From assembly GCA_964016885.1 (NCBI GenBank), contig OZ024740.1:366978001-367042000 (forward strand): a stretch of 64,000 nt of DNA, given 5' to 3'. The translations under genes were made by a program, and so were the position numbers. The notes under the pieces are model-generated. The model was not told the DNA's origin, made no database searches, and saw only the letters and a list, made by a program, of their open reading frames with translations. Below are positions 28,288-45,893 of this stretch, in pieces. This DNA comes from Eledone cirrhosa (taxonomy: Eukaryota). The stretch's first letter is position 1, and each line of letters opens with the position of its first letter.

Positions 28288-28292
<5 letters not shown>
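27720..28292 (-). mobile_element. pLTR-like segment, left arm of an inverted pair with 30985-31460
   Basis: 27836-28292 is the reverse complement of 30985-31460. Two HHR-like cores. Confidence 0.8.
27811..27923 (-). ncRNA. Hammerhead-like motif with ~80-nt stem II insertion
   Basis: actcg-CTGATGA-aGCC...GGC-GAAA-ctcgag-CA-cgggt. Stem I ACTCG/CGGGT and palindromic CTCGAG. U16.1 is C here, so probably inactivated. Confidence 0.6.
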
Positions 28293-28355
<63 letters not shown>

Positions 28356-28358
<3 letters not shown>

Positions 28359-30980
28359 GGTGTTAAAGTTTGCTTGAAGCATTGTGAAATGTGTAAAATA
28401 CGTAGTTAAGAAAGCCACAACAATGCAGAGGGAAATCTCGAGGTAGGAAGTGAATGATAGATAGGAGAAACAGGAGAAAGTGAAAATTGAGAGAGACAAA
28501 GATGAAAACAAAACAAAGGTAGAAGGGTTACCGTAGTGGAGATTTAATCCCAATATTTCGGGCTCACGCCCATCAACGGGGGAAAGTTCTAAAAGGGGGG
28601 GGGAAACAGGCCAAGTGGAGAAAGTTGTGATGTCGTTAAGACAGGAATGCCGTTATGGGGAGAAAATTATTTAAAATTTAAACGAGGGAAAAAATGCGCG
28701 TGCGCGTGATAGGCTGTGGCAAAAGCTACTGACCAAATGGGTTAAATCAAGAGGGTGCGCTAGCGTGTGAAAGCCGTAAAATATGTGTGTGTAAATATAT
28801 ATGTGTGTGTAACTGTGTGTGTATAAGTGTAAGTGTGTATATGTGTGAGTGTGTGTGTGAAAGATAGTGGGCTGTAGAAGCTGGAAATCAAAGGGTGTGA
28901 AAGGTGGTAGGTTGTAAAACATGTGTGCGTGTATAAATATAGATGTGTGTGTGTAAGCGTATGGGTATACATGTGTGTGTAACTGTGTGTGTATATGTGT
29001 GAGTGCGTGTGTGTGTGAAAGATAGTGGGCTGTAGAAGCTGGAAATCAAAGGGTGTGAAAGGTGGTAGGTTGTAAAAACATGTGTGCGTGTATAAATATA
29101 GATGTGTGTGTGTATGCGTATGGGTATGCATATACGTGCGTGTGTGTGAAGATAGCAGGCCGTAGGCTGTGAATGGTCACTATGGTTAAGTTAGCCATGT
29201 CAGCTCATTTCTCTCAGCCCGGTTGTTAAGTGGGGGTCTGAGGTTCTTAATAACAAGTGCTTCCTTTATCCTTAAGGATCCGATGCTGCGTTCAGTCGCT
29301 AGGATTGTGACCAAGGGTCTACCCTGTGGGTTTCCGCATTTAAGGATGTGTTTACGGAAGGAAGATGCGTTGGTGTTGATATGTTCCTTGATACGAACAT
29401 GTAGGGGTCGGATGGTGCTACCTATGTAAAACTTGTTACATTTATCGCATTGAATCTTATATACGACATAGGTGCGTAGGCAATCTGCCCCCCGTATCGG
29501 GCAGTTGCTGAGGGAACACGTCCCATCTGACTCGTCGGGTTTGTTGGAGAGGCATCTTCGCAGCGAAGGTCCTGTGTGGGCCAAATGTATGTCAAGTCCC
29601 TCCGTCCGTATGGCCCTGCGGATGGCGTTCGTGGTATATTCACTCAGGTGGGGGATTTTAAAGAAGCACCTGCTTTTATTTAAGTTTCTAGTGGGTGTCT
29701 GTCTATTGGGTCTGGGGTCTCTAATTCCGTTAATCAGTCGCTTGGGATAACCATTAGATCTGAGTAGATTACGGAATTGCGTGGTATGGGTGAGACCACC
29801 CATCGGGTCGCTGCATCTGTTAGTGATCCGTGTCAGTTCATTTAGGACATAGCCTCTCTTAGCGTTGTTGGGGAGGGCTGAGTTGTAATGCACAAATAAG
29901 TCCTTGCACGCTGCTTTGCGGTAGAAGGTGGTGTTTATGTCTCCTTCTACCGAGATGTTGATACGGAAGTCGAGGAGGGCGAGTGATCCGTCTTCTCCTG
30001 GGTGTTCGATGGTGAAATCGACGTGATGGTCAGTATCGTTGAAGATTTGGTGAATTTAATTCGCCATCTCCCGGGAAGAAGTAAGTATCAGGATGTCATC
30101 AACGTATCTGGAGTAGAAGGCGACGGCGTTGGGTTGGCAGGTATTGAGTGCCTTGCGTTCCAGGTGGTCCATGTACGGGATCGCAAGTATGCCGGACAGA
30201 CTAGAGCCCATAGGTAGCCCAGAGATTTGTTTGTACGTGTGGCCGAGGAAATTGAAGAGTGCATTATCCACAACGAAGGAGAGGAGTTGGTGGATGTCCA
30301 TGTGTGTGAGTCCGAAGCAGTGTAAGTTAGATGCTCGGACTCGTTCGGTCAACAGGTCGACAGCTGGGGATGCTGGTACGGAGGTATAAAGGGCGACCAC
30401 ATCAAGACTGAAGGCATAACCGTTGTCCTTTCTGGTGTTGGGCGCCAGATGGTGTAGTCGCTCCAAGACCTCCTTTGAACTGCAGACGTGGGCTGGTAGT
30501 GTGTGTAGAATGGGTTTCAGTAGTGTGGAGAGCAGCCACGATATTTTGTAGAGTGGGCCCTCCACGCTAGAGACAATGGGCCTGATTTTCAAATCGGGTC
30601 CTTGTTTATGTGTTTTAACCAGGTGGTAGAAGGTGGGAAGTTTGCTGTTTCGAGTCATTATGTTGTTTTTTACCTTCTTTGGCAGTTTTCGTTGGACACA
30701 GATGTTAGTCCATATGGTGTTAATGCCTTCCTCGATTAGAGTCGAGGAGGTCCCTGTGACTTTCGAGTAGAGGCTGTGGTCATTAAGATGTTGGAGAGCT
30801 AAGTTGTTGTAGGTCTCTCTCGAGATGACACAGAATTCTTTCCCCTTGTCAGAGGGAAGGTACACAAGGTTCCTGGATCTTAGGTTGGTGAGAGTATTAA
30901 ATTGTGCATTGGTGAGGTTGCGTTTATTGTGTGTGTGTGTGTGTTGGGAAAGGATGTTAGAGATAGAATGTTTCAACCTG
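28356..30980 (-). mobile_element. Penelope-like element (second family), 5'-truncated
   Basis: RT and GIY-YIG ORFs, then a 3' UTR with a ~160-bp tandem duplication (about 28790-29150) ending at (TA)n. Confidence 0.9.
29186..30976 (-). pseudogene. PLE RT plus GIY-YIG endonuclease (frameshift near 30056)
   Basis: PSDKGKEF, LVKTHK, IRPIVS, SLDVVALYTSVP, GLPMGSSLSG, RYVDDIL; YVVYKIQCDKCNKFYIGSTIRPLHVRIKEH, IKEALVIKNLRPPLN. Confidence 0.93.
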
Positions 30981-30984
30981 AGTA

Positions 30985-31460
30985 TATTCTCTTACATCTT
31001 CACACTGACTTTATATATGTGCGTCAGTTGACTATAGGTCCAAATAGGTTGCAATAAGTGATTCTTATTGCAAAATGCAGCGACCTCACCTTGAACTATA
31101 AATATGTAACTGTTTCTGATGAAGAGCAATATTTTTACGTAATGCTTGCGATTGAGCATGAGGCTATGCAGTCAGAGCTAGTAGACTGATATTGTACAGA
31201 AACATACGTTAAAAAACGAACTCTACATAACTTTTCTCCTTCTAACCTCTTCTTCTTTCATGGCCATTCCTGTTTTTTCAAGGTTCTATACCTTTTACTG
31301 TTATATATATACATATATATGATATGGACTGGAATTGAATTCTATCGATCGATTGGTTATTGATTAGGCGAAACTCGCTGATGAGGCCACGTGCGCCGAT
31401 TGCGCATTGTTGCATAATATATGTAGGTAGTGGACACTGTGCACTCTATTGCTGCATTAT
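30985..31460 (+). mobile_element. pLTR-like segment, right arm of the inverted pair
   Basis: Reverse complement of 27836-28292. CTGATGA at 31116 and 31378. Ends in (TA)n. Confidence 0.8.
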
Positions 31461-31751
31461 ATATATATATATATTATATATATATATGTATGTGTGTGTG
31501 TGTGTGTGTGTGTCGGATTCACTCGAAGTAAACACAGTAAGTAAGGTACTTAGTACATTAGTAGAATAAATGAACTCTGATATTTATGGCCGTTCATGTG
31601 TATGTGTGTGAGTATAGGTACTTCAACGTGAATGTGAACCTTGTCCTTCAGCTGTGTTTTTGGTATTGTTTTTAATTGACCCTTCCCTCTTCCAGATCAG
31701 CCTATCTTGTCTTGCATGAAGCAACTAATATTACATTATTTAATATATCCT

Positions 31752-31945
31752 TGGCAGTGGATTGGCAGTATCGGTAGAGGGTCGGACGACATGCTTTGAC
31801 GCATAGAGTTAATGCTCTTGCCATTCTGAGTTCAAATCCCGCCGAGGTTAACTCTGCCTTTCATCCTTACGGGGTCGATAAAATAAAGTACCAGTAATGC
31901 ACTGGGATGATTGCTGGCCTTGTGGCAAAAGTAGAGACAATTATT
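31752..31945 (+). mobile_element. Full-length tRNA-derived SINE
   Basis: A box TGGCAGTATCGG, B box GAGTTCAAATCC, central GCCTTTCATCCTTACGGGGTCGATAAAATAAAGTACCAG, (ATT)n tail. Confidence 0.9.
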
Positions 31946-32221
31946 GTGTATATTTCTAAAAATATTTTTATCAAAGAATCCCTGTTCTTTAAAATTTCAG
32001 GATTTACATCAGAGTTGTACTAGCATCTTGGCAACACAAGATGAAATATGAGAGGCAATCCCGATACACTCAATATGCGAGAAATGAACTAATTCCCTCT
32101 ATCAGTGTGATCTCATTAAGAGGGAAACAGCATGAATAACATATAGAGCGGGTAAACGCCAGCTATAGTATGTAACAACAACGACGAACAAAGGGGAAAC
32201 AATATAAATATATATAGCAGG

Positions 32222-32378
32222 ATGGATTCAGTTAGAAACTGGTTAGACCATTATTCACCAGAGTACTCGATACTTGAGTTAATAGGGTATGGCTATATGA
32301 ATGAGTTAGGACACCAGACTGAAACAAGCTGTTGAAACGACAAGAGCTCAGCCGTCTGTGTCCTGACTCATTCACATA
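32222..32378. mobile_element. Fold-back pLTR remnant with an HHR 3' half
   Basis: GAAA-cgaca-agagctc-agccg-TC-tgtgtcctgactcattc. The left part is an inverted downstream copy. Same family as 58789-58903. Confidence 0.6.
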
Positions 32379-32388
32379 TATATATACA

Positions 32389-32462
32389 CAGGATATCCCC
32401 CAAAATGTATGCACACTTCAACAGCATTCTAATAAAAATGTGCATTCATTTTTTGGCACACC

Positions 32463-32465
<3 letters not shown>
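32389..32465. mobile_element. Tc1/mariner-type MITE (77 bp)
   Basis: Imperfect 27-bp TIRs CAGGATATCCCCCAAAATGTATGCACA / TGTGCATTCATTTTTTGGCACACCCTG, followed by TA. Confidence 0.6.
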
Positions 32466-32523
<58 letters not shown>

Positions 32524-32532
32524 TATATTTTT

Positions 32533-32901
32533 ATGCTTTGGGGGGTCATGTTGCCAATAAGAAACACACGCACCAGATACTTTCACTTCAATTTATTATA
32601 AATTAAATTTATAAATTTAGGAATTTATAAATTTATAAAGAATCTGCAGTCACTGAAGAGGTCACAGAATGTGTGACGAAAGAACTTTGACAATATATGA
32701 ACAAACGTCTGGTTGTGGAACCAACCAAACAACCGGAAATTTATAAATTCCTAAATTTATAAATTTAATTTATAATAAATTGAAATGAAAGCAACTGGTG
32801 CGTGTGTTTCTTATTGGCAACATGACCCTCCCAAAGTATAACAATATCGGTTTCAACACACGTTTTCAGATTAAGAATCTTGATAAACAAATTCAGAAAC
32901 G

Positions 32902-32905
<4 letters not shown>
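32533..32905. mobile_element. Fold-back pLTR fragment (family of 1156-1795) with HHR at 32649-32691 (+)
   Basis: 32533-32636 is inverted relative to 32738-32842. gtca-CTGAAGA-g-GTCACA-gaatg-TGTGAC-GAAA-gaac-TT-tgac. Confidence 0.8.
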
Positions 32906-32936
<31 letters not shown>

Positions 32937-32946
32937 AACGAGTTGG

Positions 32947-33042
32947 ACCCCGACGGCTAGGCCTAAGCCGTTTCGACGGCTAATTCTGGACTAAATGAAC
33001 ATTTTTATCCTGGTATTTGAATAGCCGAGCTTCTCAAGGGGT
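32947..33042 (-). ncRNA. Type I hammerhead, U3-A8 variant, long stem II and 5-bp stem III
   Basis: acccc-TTGAGAA-gct-CGGCTA...TAGCCG-tc-GAAA-CGGCT-taggcct-AGCCG-TC-ggggt. GUC cleavage triplet. Confidence 0.8.
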
Positions 33043-34169
33043 AATTCCATATATGGTCAAAGTGATTGTCACAGGGATTGGTCAAAAGTTTGTAGTTGAG
33101 ACATAATAATTCTATGATGTCAATTTGTGGAGGGAATGGGTAGCTAAACCTGCCAGTAGGAGAAAGAGGGAGAGGGGAGGAGGAGACCCATTCATGCGTT
33201 GATAGTGCCGGCTACAGCTGGGCGTGAGGTCAAAGAAGATACTAGGGAGGGGGAGGAGGAAGTCGAAACAGTAAGTAGAACGATAAGGGGTAAATATATA
33301 GAAAAATACTGAGAGTGTTAAAAAGCAATTAAATATAAAAAAAAAAATAAACAATTTCTGGTTACTACGACCTAAGTCTCTCACTATTGCTAGGCTAAAA
33401 ATATATACTAGGTGGGACGGAATTAAAATGAGACCCTTTTAAGAGGTATAAGTAATAAACCAAGTATATCTTACAGTGACGGGTCAACAAGTGAGGGGCC
33501 AAAATACTAAAGACACTACCACGAAATAATAAAAGTTACCACCCCAGACACAAGGCCAGCAACCACCCTGTGCAAAAAAGTAAACCTATACGAAATAATA
33601 ATTCAGAGTTCCGAAAAAGAATACTAATACTATCTCTAAGGGTGCCGCCACGATACAAAAGTTCGAGTGCAAGCTACATAAAAGCTCGTACGAAGTAAAA
33701 GTAAAATTTGATACGGAAAATTAATTCAGAATCCCCCCCCCCCAAAAAAAAATACTGATAAACGAGAAATTAAAGCAAAGATACCACTAAGAAATATAGA
33801 AAGCACGGAAAAAGGGCAGCGGTCGGATAAGAGGGCAAGTATCCGGGGTCTAACACATCTGCTATAAAAAGCGGATTCGGCCAAATCTATCATAGAATAG
33901 AGGAAGGGGGTGGGGGTACTGAGGCTACAAAGGACCGACGGGCTGCTTCGGGTGGGCGAGAAAAAGACGACGACAAAGAAAGAGAACTCGGGTGGAAGGA
34001 CTAGGGAGGGATGCGGGGAAGAAGGAAATATAGAGGAAGCGATAAAAAGATATAAAAGAAGATCTTACGTCTCCCTTAGCAAGCAGGGGTTACCCGTTAC
34101 AAAATCGGCAAGTGGGGTGTTATAGCCCTAGTCTACCCCCCCCCCGGGTTATTATGGGGTTTAAGGGCC

Positions 34170-35180
34170 TACAACGTCCCTGACCCGAGTAAACTTCCTG
34201 GACATTACCCTCGACCTCGATAATGACCTGTACTACCCATACAGGAAACCTAACGACAACCTGCACTACATCCACCGCCTGTCAAACCATCCTAGGAACA
34301 TCACCAATAACCTGGTTAAAAACATCTCCCTCCGCATATCCCGTTTGTCAGCTAATGAGCAGATATTCGATGAACATGCGCCTTATTACAATCAGGCCCT
34401 CAAGCGGAGTGGTTTCCGGGAGGAAATATCCTACTGTCCAGCTCCCATTAGCGGAACCAGCAGCCGACACCGCCACTCACGCAATGTAACATGGTTCAAT
34501 CCTCTCCACAACGCCGAGGTGACAACTCCTATCGGGAAAATATTCTTTAGGCTCATTGAAAAACACTTCCCAATACAACACCGCTACCACAATATAATTA
34601 ACAAAAATACCATTAAACTCTCTTACAGTACTACACCAAACTTTGCACAAAACATCGTCTCCTCCAACAACAAAAAACTCAACCCCTATGGAAGAAATAA
34701 CCTAAATAGCACTGGAGAGCCGACCAGGAGGTGCAGCTGTCCTGATGGATCCATTTGCCCCCTCGACAACAGATGCAGAGATCGTAATGTGATCTACCAG
34801 TGCAACGTGAGGACGGACACCTCCAACAAAGCTCTATAGGATTAACCGCATGTGACTTCAAGACCCGGCTATACCAACACAGACATACATTCCGAAACTC
34901 GGCGCGGCGTCACGCCACTACACTTTCGGGCCACATATGGGACCTCAAGGATAACAACATTACCTATGATCTCACTTGGAGATTACTGTCCAGAGCCAAC
35001 TCTTACACGGGAGGACGCCGTCCGTGCAATTTATGCTCGGAGGAAACTTTACAAATGTTGTTTTCGACGGACCAACTCCTAAACAAGAAAGATGAACTGG
35101 TTACTACATGTAAACACAGATTGCGTAGGACGTACCTTGCCCTCAAACCCCATAATGACCCGGGGGGGGGGGTAGACTAG
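34170..35180 (+). pseudogene. PLE RT thumb plus GIY-YIG fragment
   Basis: VNFLDITLDL..YPYRKPND, WFNPLHN, KLSYSTTPN, CSC..CPLDNRC..VIYQC, IGLTACDFKTR, TTLSGHIWDLK, CNLC..CKH. Related to the 16455-18578 ORF. Confidence 0.9.
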
Positions 35181-36752
35181 GGCTATAACACCCCACTTGC
35201 CGATTTTGTAATGGGTAAATCCTGCTTGCTAAGGGAGACATAAGATCTTCTTTTATATCTTTTTATCGCTTCCCCTATATTTCCTTCTTCCCCGCATCCC
35301 TCCCTAGTCCTTCCACCCCAGTTCTCTTTCTTTGGACAGTAGGATATTTCCTCCCGGAAACCACTCCGCTTGAGGGCCTGATTGTAATAAGGCGCATGTT
35401 CATCGAATATCTGCTCATTAGCTGACAAACGGGATATGCGGAGGGAGATGTTTTTAACCAGGTTATTGGTGATGTTCCTAGGATGGTTTGACAGGCGGTG
35501 AATGTAGTGCAGGTTGTCGTTAGGTTTCCTGTATGGGTAGTACAGGTCATTATCGAGGTCGAGGGTAATGTCCAGGAAGTTTACTCGGGTCAGGGACGTT
35601 GTAGGCCCTCAAACCCCATAATAACCCGGGGGGGGGGGGGGTAGGAGACTAGGGCTATAACACCCCACTTGCCGATTTTGTAATGGGTAACCCCTGCTTG
35701 CTAAGGGAGACGTAAGATCTTCTTTTATATCTTTTTATCGCTTCCTCTATATTTCCTTCTTCCCCGCATCCCTCCCTAGTCCTTCCACCCCAGTTCTCTT
35801 TCTTTGTCGTCGTCTTTTTCTCGCCCACCCGAGGCAGCCCATCGGTCCTTTGTAGCCTCAGTACCCCCACCCCCTCCCCTATTCTATGATAGATTTGGCC
35901 GAATCCGCTTTTTATAGCAGATGTGTTAGACCCCGGATACTTGCCCTCTTATCCGACCGCTGCCCTTTTTCCGTGCTTTCTATATTTCTTAGTGGTATCT
36001 TTGCTTTAATTTCTCGTTTATCAGTATTTTTCTTTTTTTTTTGGGGGGGGGGGGGTATTCTGAATTAATTTTCCGTATCAAATTTTACTTTTACTTCGTA
36101 CGAGCTTTTATGTAACTTGCACTCGAACTTTTGTATCGTGGCGGCACCCTTAGAGATAGTATTAGTATTCTTTTTCGGGACTCTGAATTATTATTTCGTA
36201 TTAGTTTACTTTTTTGCACTGGGTGGTTGCTGGCCTTGTGCCTGGGGTAGTAACTTTTATTATTTCGTGGTAGTGTCTTTAGTATTTTGGCCCCTCACTT
36301 GTTGACCCGTCACCGTAAGATATACTTGGTTTATTACTTATACCTTTTAAAAGGGTCTCATTTTAATTCCGTCCCACCTAGTATATATTTTTAGCCTATC
36401 AATAGTGAGAGACTTAGGTCGTAGTAACCAGAAATTGTTTATTTTTATTTTTTTTTACATTTAATTGCTTTTTAACACTCTCAGTATTTTTCTATATATT
36501 TACCCCTTATTGTTCTACTTACTGTTTCGACTTCCCCCCTCCCCCTCCCTAGTATCTTCTTTGACCTCACGCCCAGCTGTAGCCGGCACTATCAACGCAT
36601 GAATGGGTCTCCTCTTCCCCCTCTCCCTCTTTCTCCTACTGGCAGGTTTAGCTACCCCTTCCCTCCACAAATTGCCATCATAGAATTATTATGTCTCAAC
36701 TACAAACTTTTGACCAATCCCTGTGACAATCACTTTGACCATATATGGAATT

Positions 36753-36848
36753 ACCCCTTGAGAAGCTCGGCTATTCAAATACCAGGATAAAAATGTTCAT
36801 TTCGTCCAGAATTAGCCGTCGAAACGACTTGAGCTCAGCCGTCGGGGT
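36753..36848 (+). ncRNA. Type I hammerhead, U3-A8 variant (mirror copy)
   Basis: acccc-TTGAGAA-gct-CGGCTA...TAGCCG-tc-GAAA-cgact-tgagctc-agccg-TC-ggggt. Confidence 0.75.
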
Positions 36849-37048
36849 CCAACTCGTTCCTATTACCCACTCTACTACCCTAAGTATTGAGCACTTTGGT
36901 GCGTTATGGTCCACTTGGTTCCTTACCACATTTCTTCCGTTATATATATATATATATATATAAGCCTTTTATATATTAAATATACTCTGCTTTGTATTGA
37001 GTACCTTACTTACTGTGGTTACCCCCGATTGAACCCGGGATAAACTTT

Positions 37049-37079
<31 letters not shown>

Positions 37080-37754
37080 ATGTGTATTTGTGCGTGTGTG
37101 TATGTGTGTGTGTGTGTTTATGTATTTTATGTATGTAACTTGTTTTTTCAACATATTTATTACAACTGTAATAAGTTTGAACTTTGAAGCTTTGTATCAA
37201 CCTACAGGCATCTTAATGTCCCTCTACTCCGTTTTGCAGCATTTGAAATTTAATATGTTCAAATAGTTATATTTCCAGATTCATAATTACTTATATTCAT
37301 TTCAGATTTATTGAAATTCATGGAGAACTTAATTAATTAAATATTTCTGATTTTCAATGAATATTTCCTTTAATTGAGCTCAACACACATGACACACGTA
37401 GACATATTTCAACAAAAATCAATTATTAATCAGTAGAAATTAATATTGAATTTTGAAAAATAATCACGCACTCATACATACATACCCATGTACACACTAA
37501 AATATGCTCTAACATACCCACATAATTCGAGAAGAAAAGTCAGTTCATTAAAATGTTGCGTAGTAAAACCGTATTGGTATATTGTATATCTCTATTTGTA
37601 GCTATCGGTATATTGTTTATTTGTAGCTATCGGTATATTGTATATGTCTATTTGTAGCTATGCATTAGAATTATTTCTGGACTTAGAAAAATTCTTTATA
37701 TCATCATCACCTTCTTCTCCCCCCCCCCCCTCCTCCTCCTCCTCCTCCTATTGT

Positions 37755-39490
37755 CTGAGTACATTTTCACTTGATAAATATTTGTTTTATCTCTTCTAGT
37801 CTATGGTCTCTGGTTGTAGGGTTTGAGACTATTATACAGATTCGCTTGGCTAAGTTAAACGGGATGTTGGTACGGGTGTGTGAGGGATGAGAAGATGTAA
37901 AAAAATGTGGTATTGTCGGGAGTCAGTAGGTTTGAAATATACGCCAGTTTTCTAATATTTTCTTTCTATTTGTTAAAAGGATATCTAAAAATGGAAGTTT
38001 TGTACTGTTAAAATCGATAGTGAATTGGATATTATGGTTTATATCATTGATGAGGGTTTGACATTTATTTGGTTGTTCAAGCTTCTCTCTCCACAATATG
38101 AAGCAGTCGTCCTAGTACCTCTTCCAGTTTTATTTATGGTGTCACCGAAATTATTCCCATAAAGTTGTCCACTTTTTTTAATTATTATTTATTATGGTAA
38201 ATTTGTAATTCATGGTATCCCATGTCTAGGTTGGCATATGTTGGCGCAACATTTGTGCCCACGGCTGAATTCTGTCGGTAAGCTTTTTCATCGAACATGA
38301 AAATAATTGTTTTTTTTAAAATAAATTCAAGTCCGTCTACAATGAAATTCGTATTGAAGAGGTCTGGTAGTTTCATAGGGGAATGAGTCTAGCTAGTGTT
38401 TGATGGCTTCGATTCTGTAATCGTGTGGAATGTTACTGAATAGCCCCACAACATCCAATGAAACCATATAAATGTTTTAGTTTATATTATCTGGTAGATA
38501 GTTGAGAAAGTCTAAATTATCTCGTATGAAACTCCGAATGTGTTTGAGGAAAGGTTTTCAATAAGAAATTGCTTAGGCTTTGTGTTTCGCAAATTGGGCT
38601 TGCTATAATAAGTCATAGTTTTAATTCAATTGGTATGGGTATATTAACACAATTGGCTTTCGCCATTTTACATGTCTCATTAATTAATTTATGTTTATGT
38701 ACTTTTCGGCATACCATAGAGTGAGTTTATTAGTTTAACATTTAAAATTAATGTGATAGTCCAATGTTTAGAAGTTAGGTAGTTTTGGCATGGGAGTAGT
38801 AAGTCAGGAAGTTATTTCATCACTTTATGGAGTTTGTAGTCTTTAGTTTCTTCATAGTATATATTGTCCTGTAGCATACTTTATACCATGTGGGTATAAT
38901 GCTTAGTGTCCATAATGACAACAGTGCCTCCTTTGTCAGATTCTTTTAAGATAATGTTTTGGTCCTGTTTCAGATCGTTTAAGTGCTCCAATTGCTGTCT
39001 CGTAAAGTTGGATTTTGTGGCTTATTCAGTTTGTCAAGTGGGAAATTTGAGATGTAATCACAAAAAAATTCATCAAGGGCTACATTCCTGTCTTCTGAAG
39101 GTTTATATTCCTTTTTGTTTCTAATTAGTGATTCATTGCTGTCTTCTTAAAAAAAATTGTTACGCTAGTCTGAGTCTTCTGCAGAAGTCCGAAAGATCTT
39201 TAATTTCTGATATATTTGGATTTTGAGGAGTGGGTGTACATCCTTTACCTAGAATGTCTATCTGTATGTGTTAGCGATTTTTGTGAGAGTTTGACTATCT
39301 TCGGTTTCTCACGACTGCGATCCATCCCGTATCCCGGTATTTCTAGTTTCTCTCTAATAAGATGGTTGTTAAGATAGGGTTTCTCTATATTATCCCTACT
39401 ATCAGTATTCTTTATGTTGCGGATTTTATAATTACTGTGTATATCCATATTGTACATATTGTTCCGTTGCCTATACCTGTTCCATATGTG
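37755..39490 (-). pseudogene. Heavily degraded PLE RT (third family)
   Basis: SDKGGTVVIMDT (about 38905-38945), AVGTNVAPTYANLDMG, KRY*DDCFILW (about 38093-38125), LPFLDIL. Confidence 0.75.
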
Positions 39491-39557
39491 TTGATTTCTG
39501 TTCGGTCTGAAATTATTTCTCTGTCTGTCTGTCTGTCAGTCTCTCTCTCTCTCTCCA

Positions 39558-43965
<4,408 letters not shown>

Positions 43966-44003
43966 ATAATATAAGATCAAAAGATGGTTAAAGGAGTTCA
44001 ATA

Positions 44004-44074
44004 TATTTTATTATGCGCATTTCAAAAACAAACATCATCAAACAATAATATTTGTGTTTTCATCAGATAAAACA
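44004..44074 (-). ncRNA. Type I hammerhead in a 170-bp pLTR fragment (43966-44133) embedded in (TA)n
   Basis: tgttttat-CTGATGA-aaacacaaatattatt-gttt-gatgatgtttgttttt-GAAA-tgcgca-TA-ataaaata. Homolog of 24240-24310. Confidence 0.8.
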
Positions 44075-44133
44075 GGAGAACATGATATGAAGGCTAAAAA
44101 AACACTTGTTGATAGTGCAGTTTTAAACCAACA

Positions 44134-45893
<1,760 letters not shown>

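Larger units (their letters stand above)
32935..36862. mobile_element. PLE 3' fragment arranged as a 3.9-kb inverted repeat (~1.5-kb arms)
   Basis: 32935-34440 is the reverse complement of 35333-36862. The spacer carries the GIY-YIG coding region. Confidence 0.9.

Noticed and set aside
28548-28583. HHR-like cccCCGTTGA-tGGGC-gtga-GCCC-GAAA-taTT-ggga on minus in the PLE 3' end
   Set aside because: Position and stems are suggestive, but two core positions deviate. A single copy cannot support the call.
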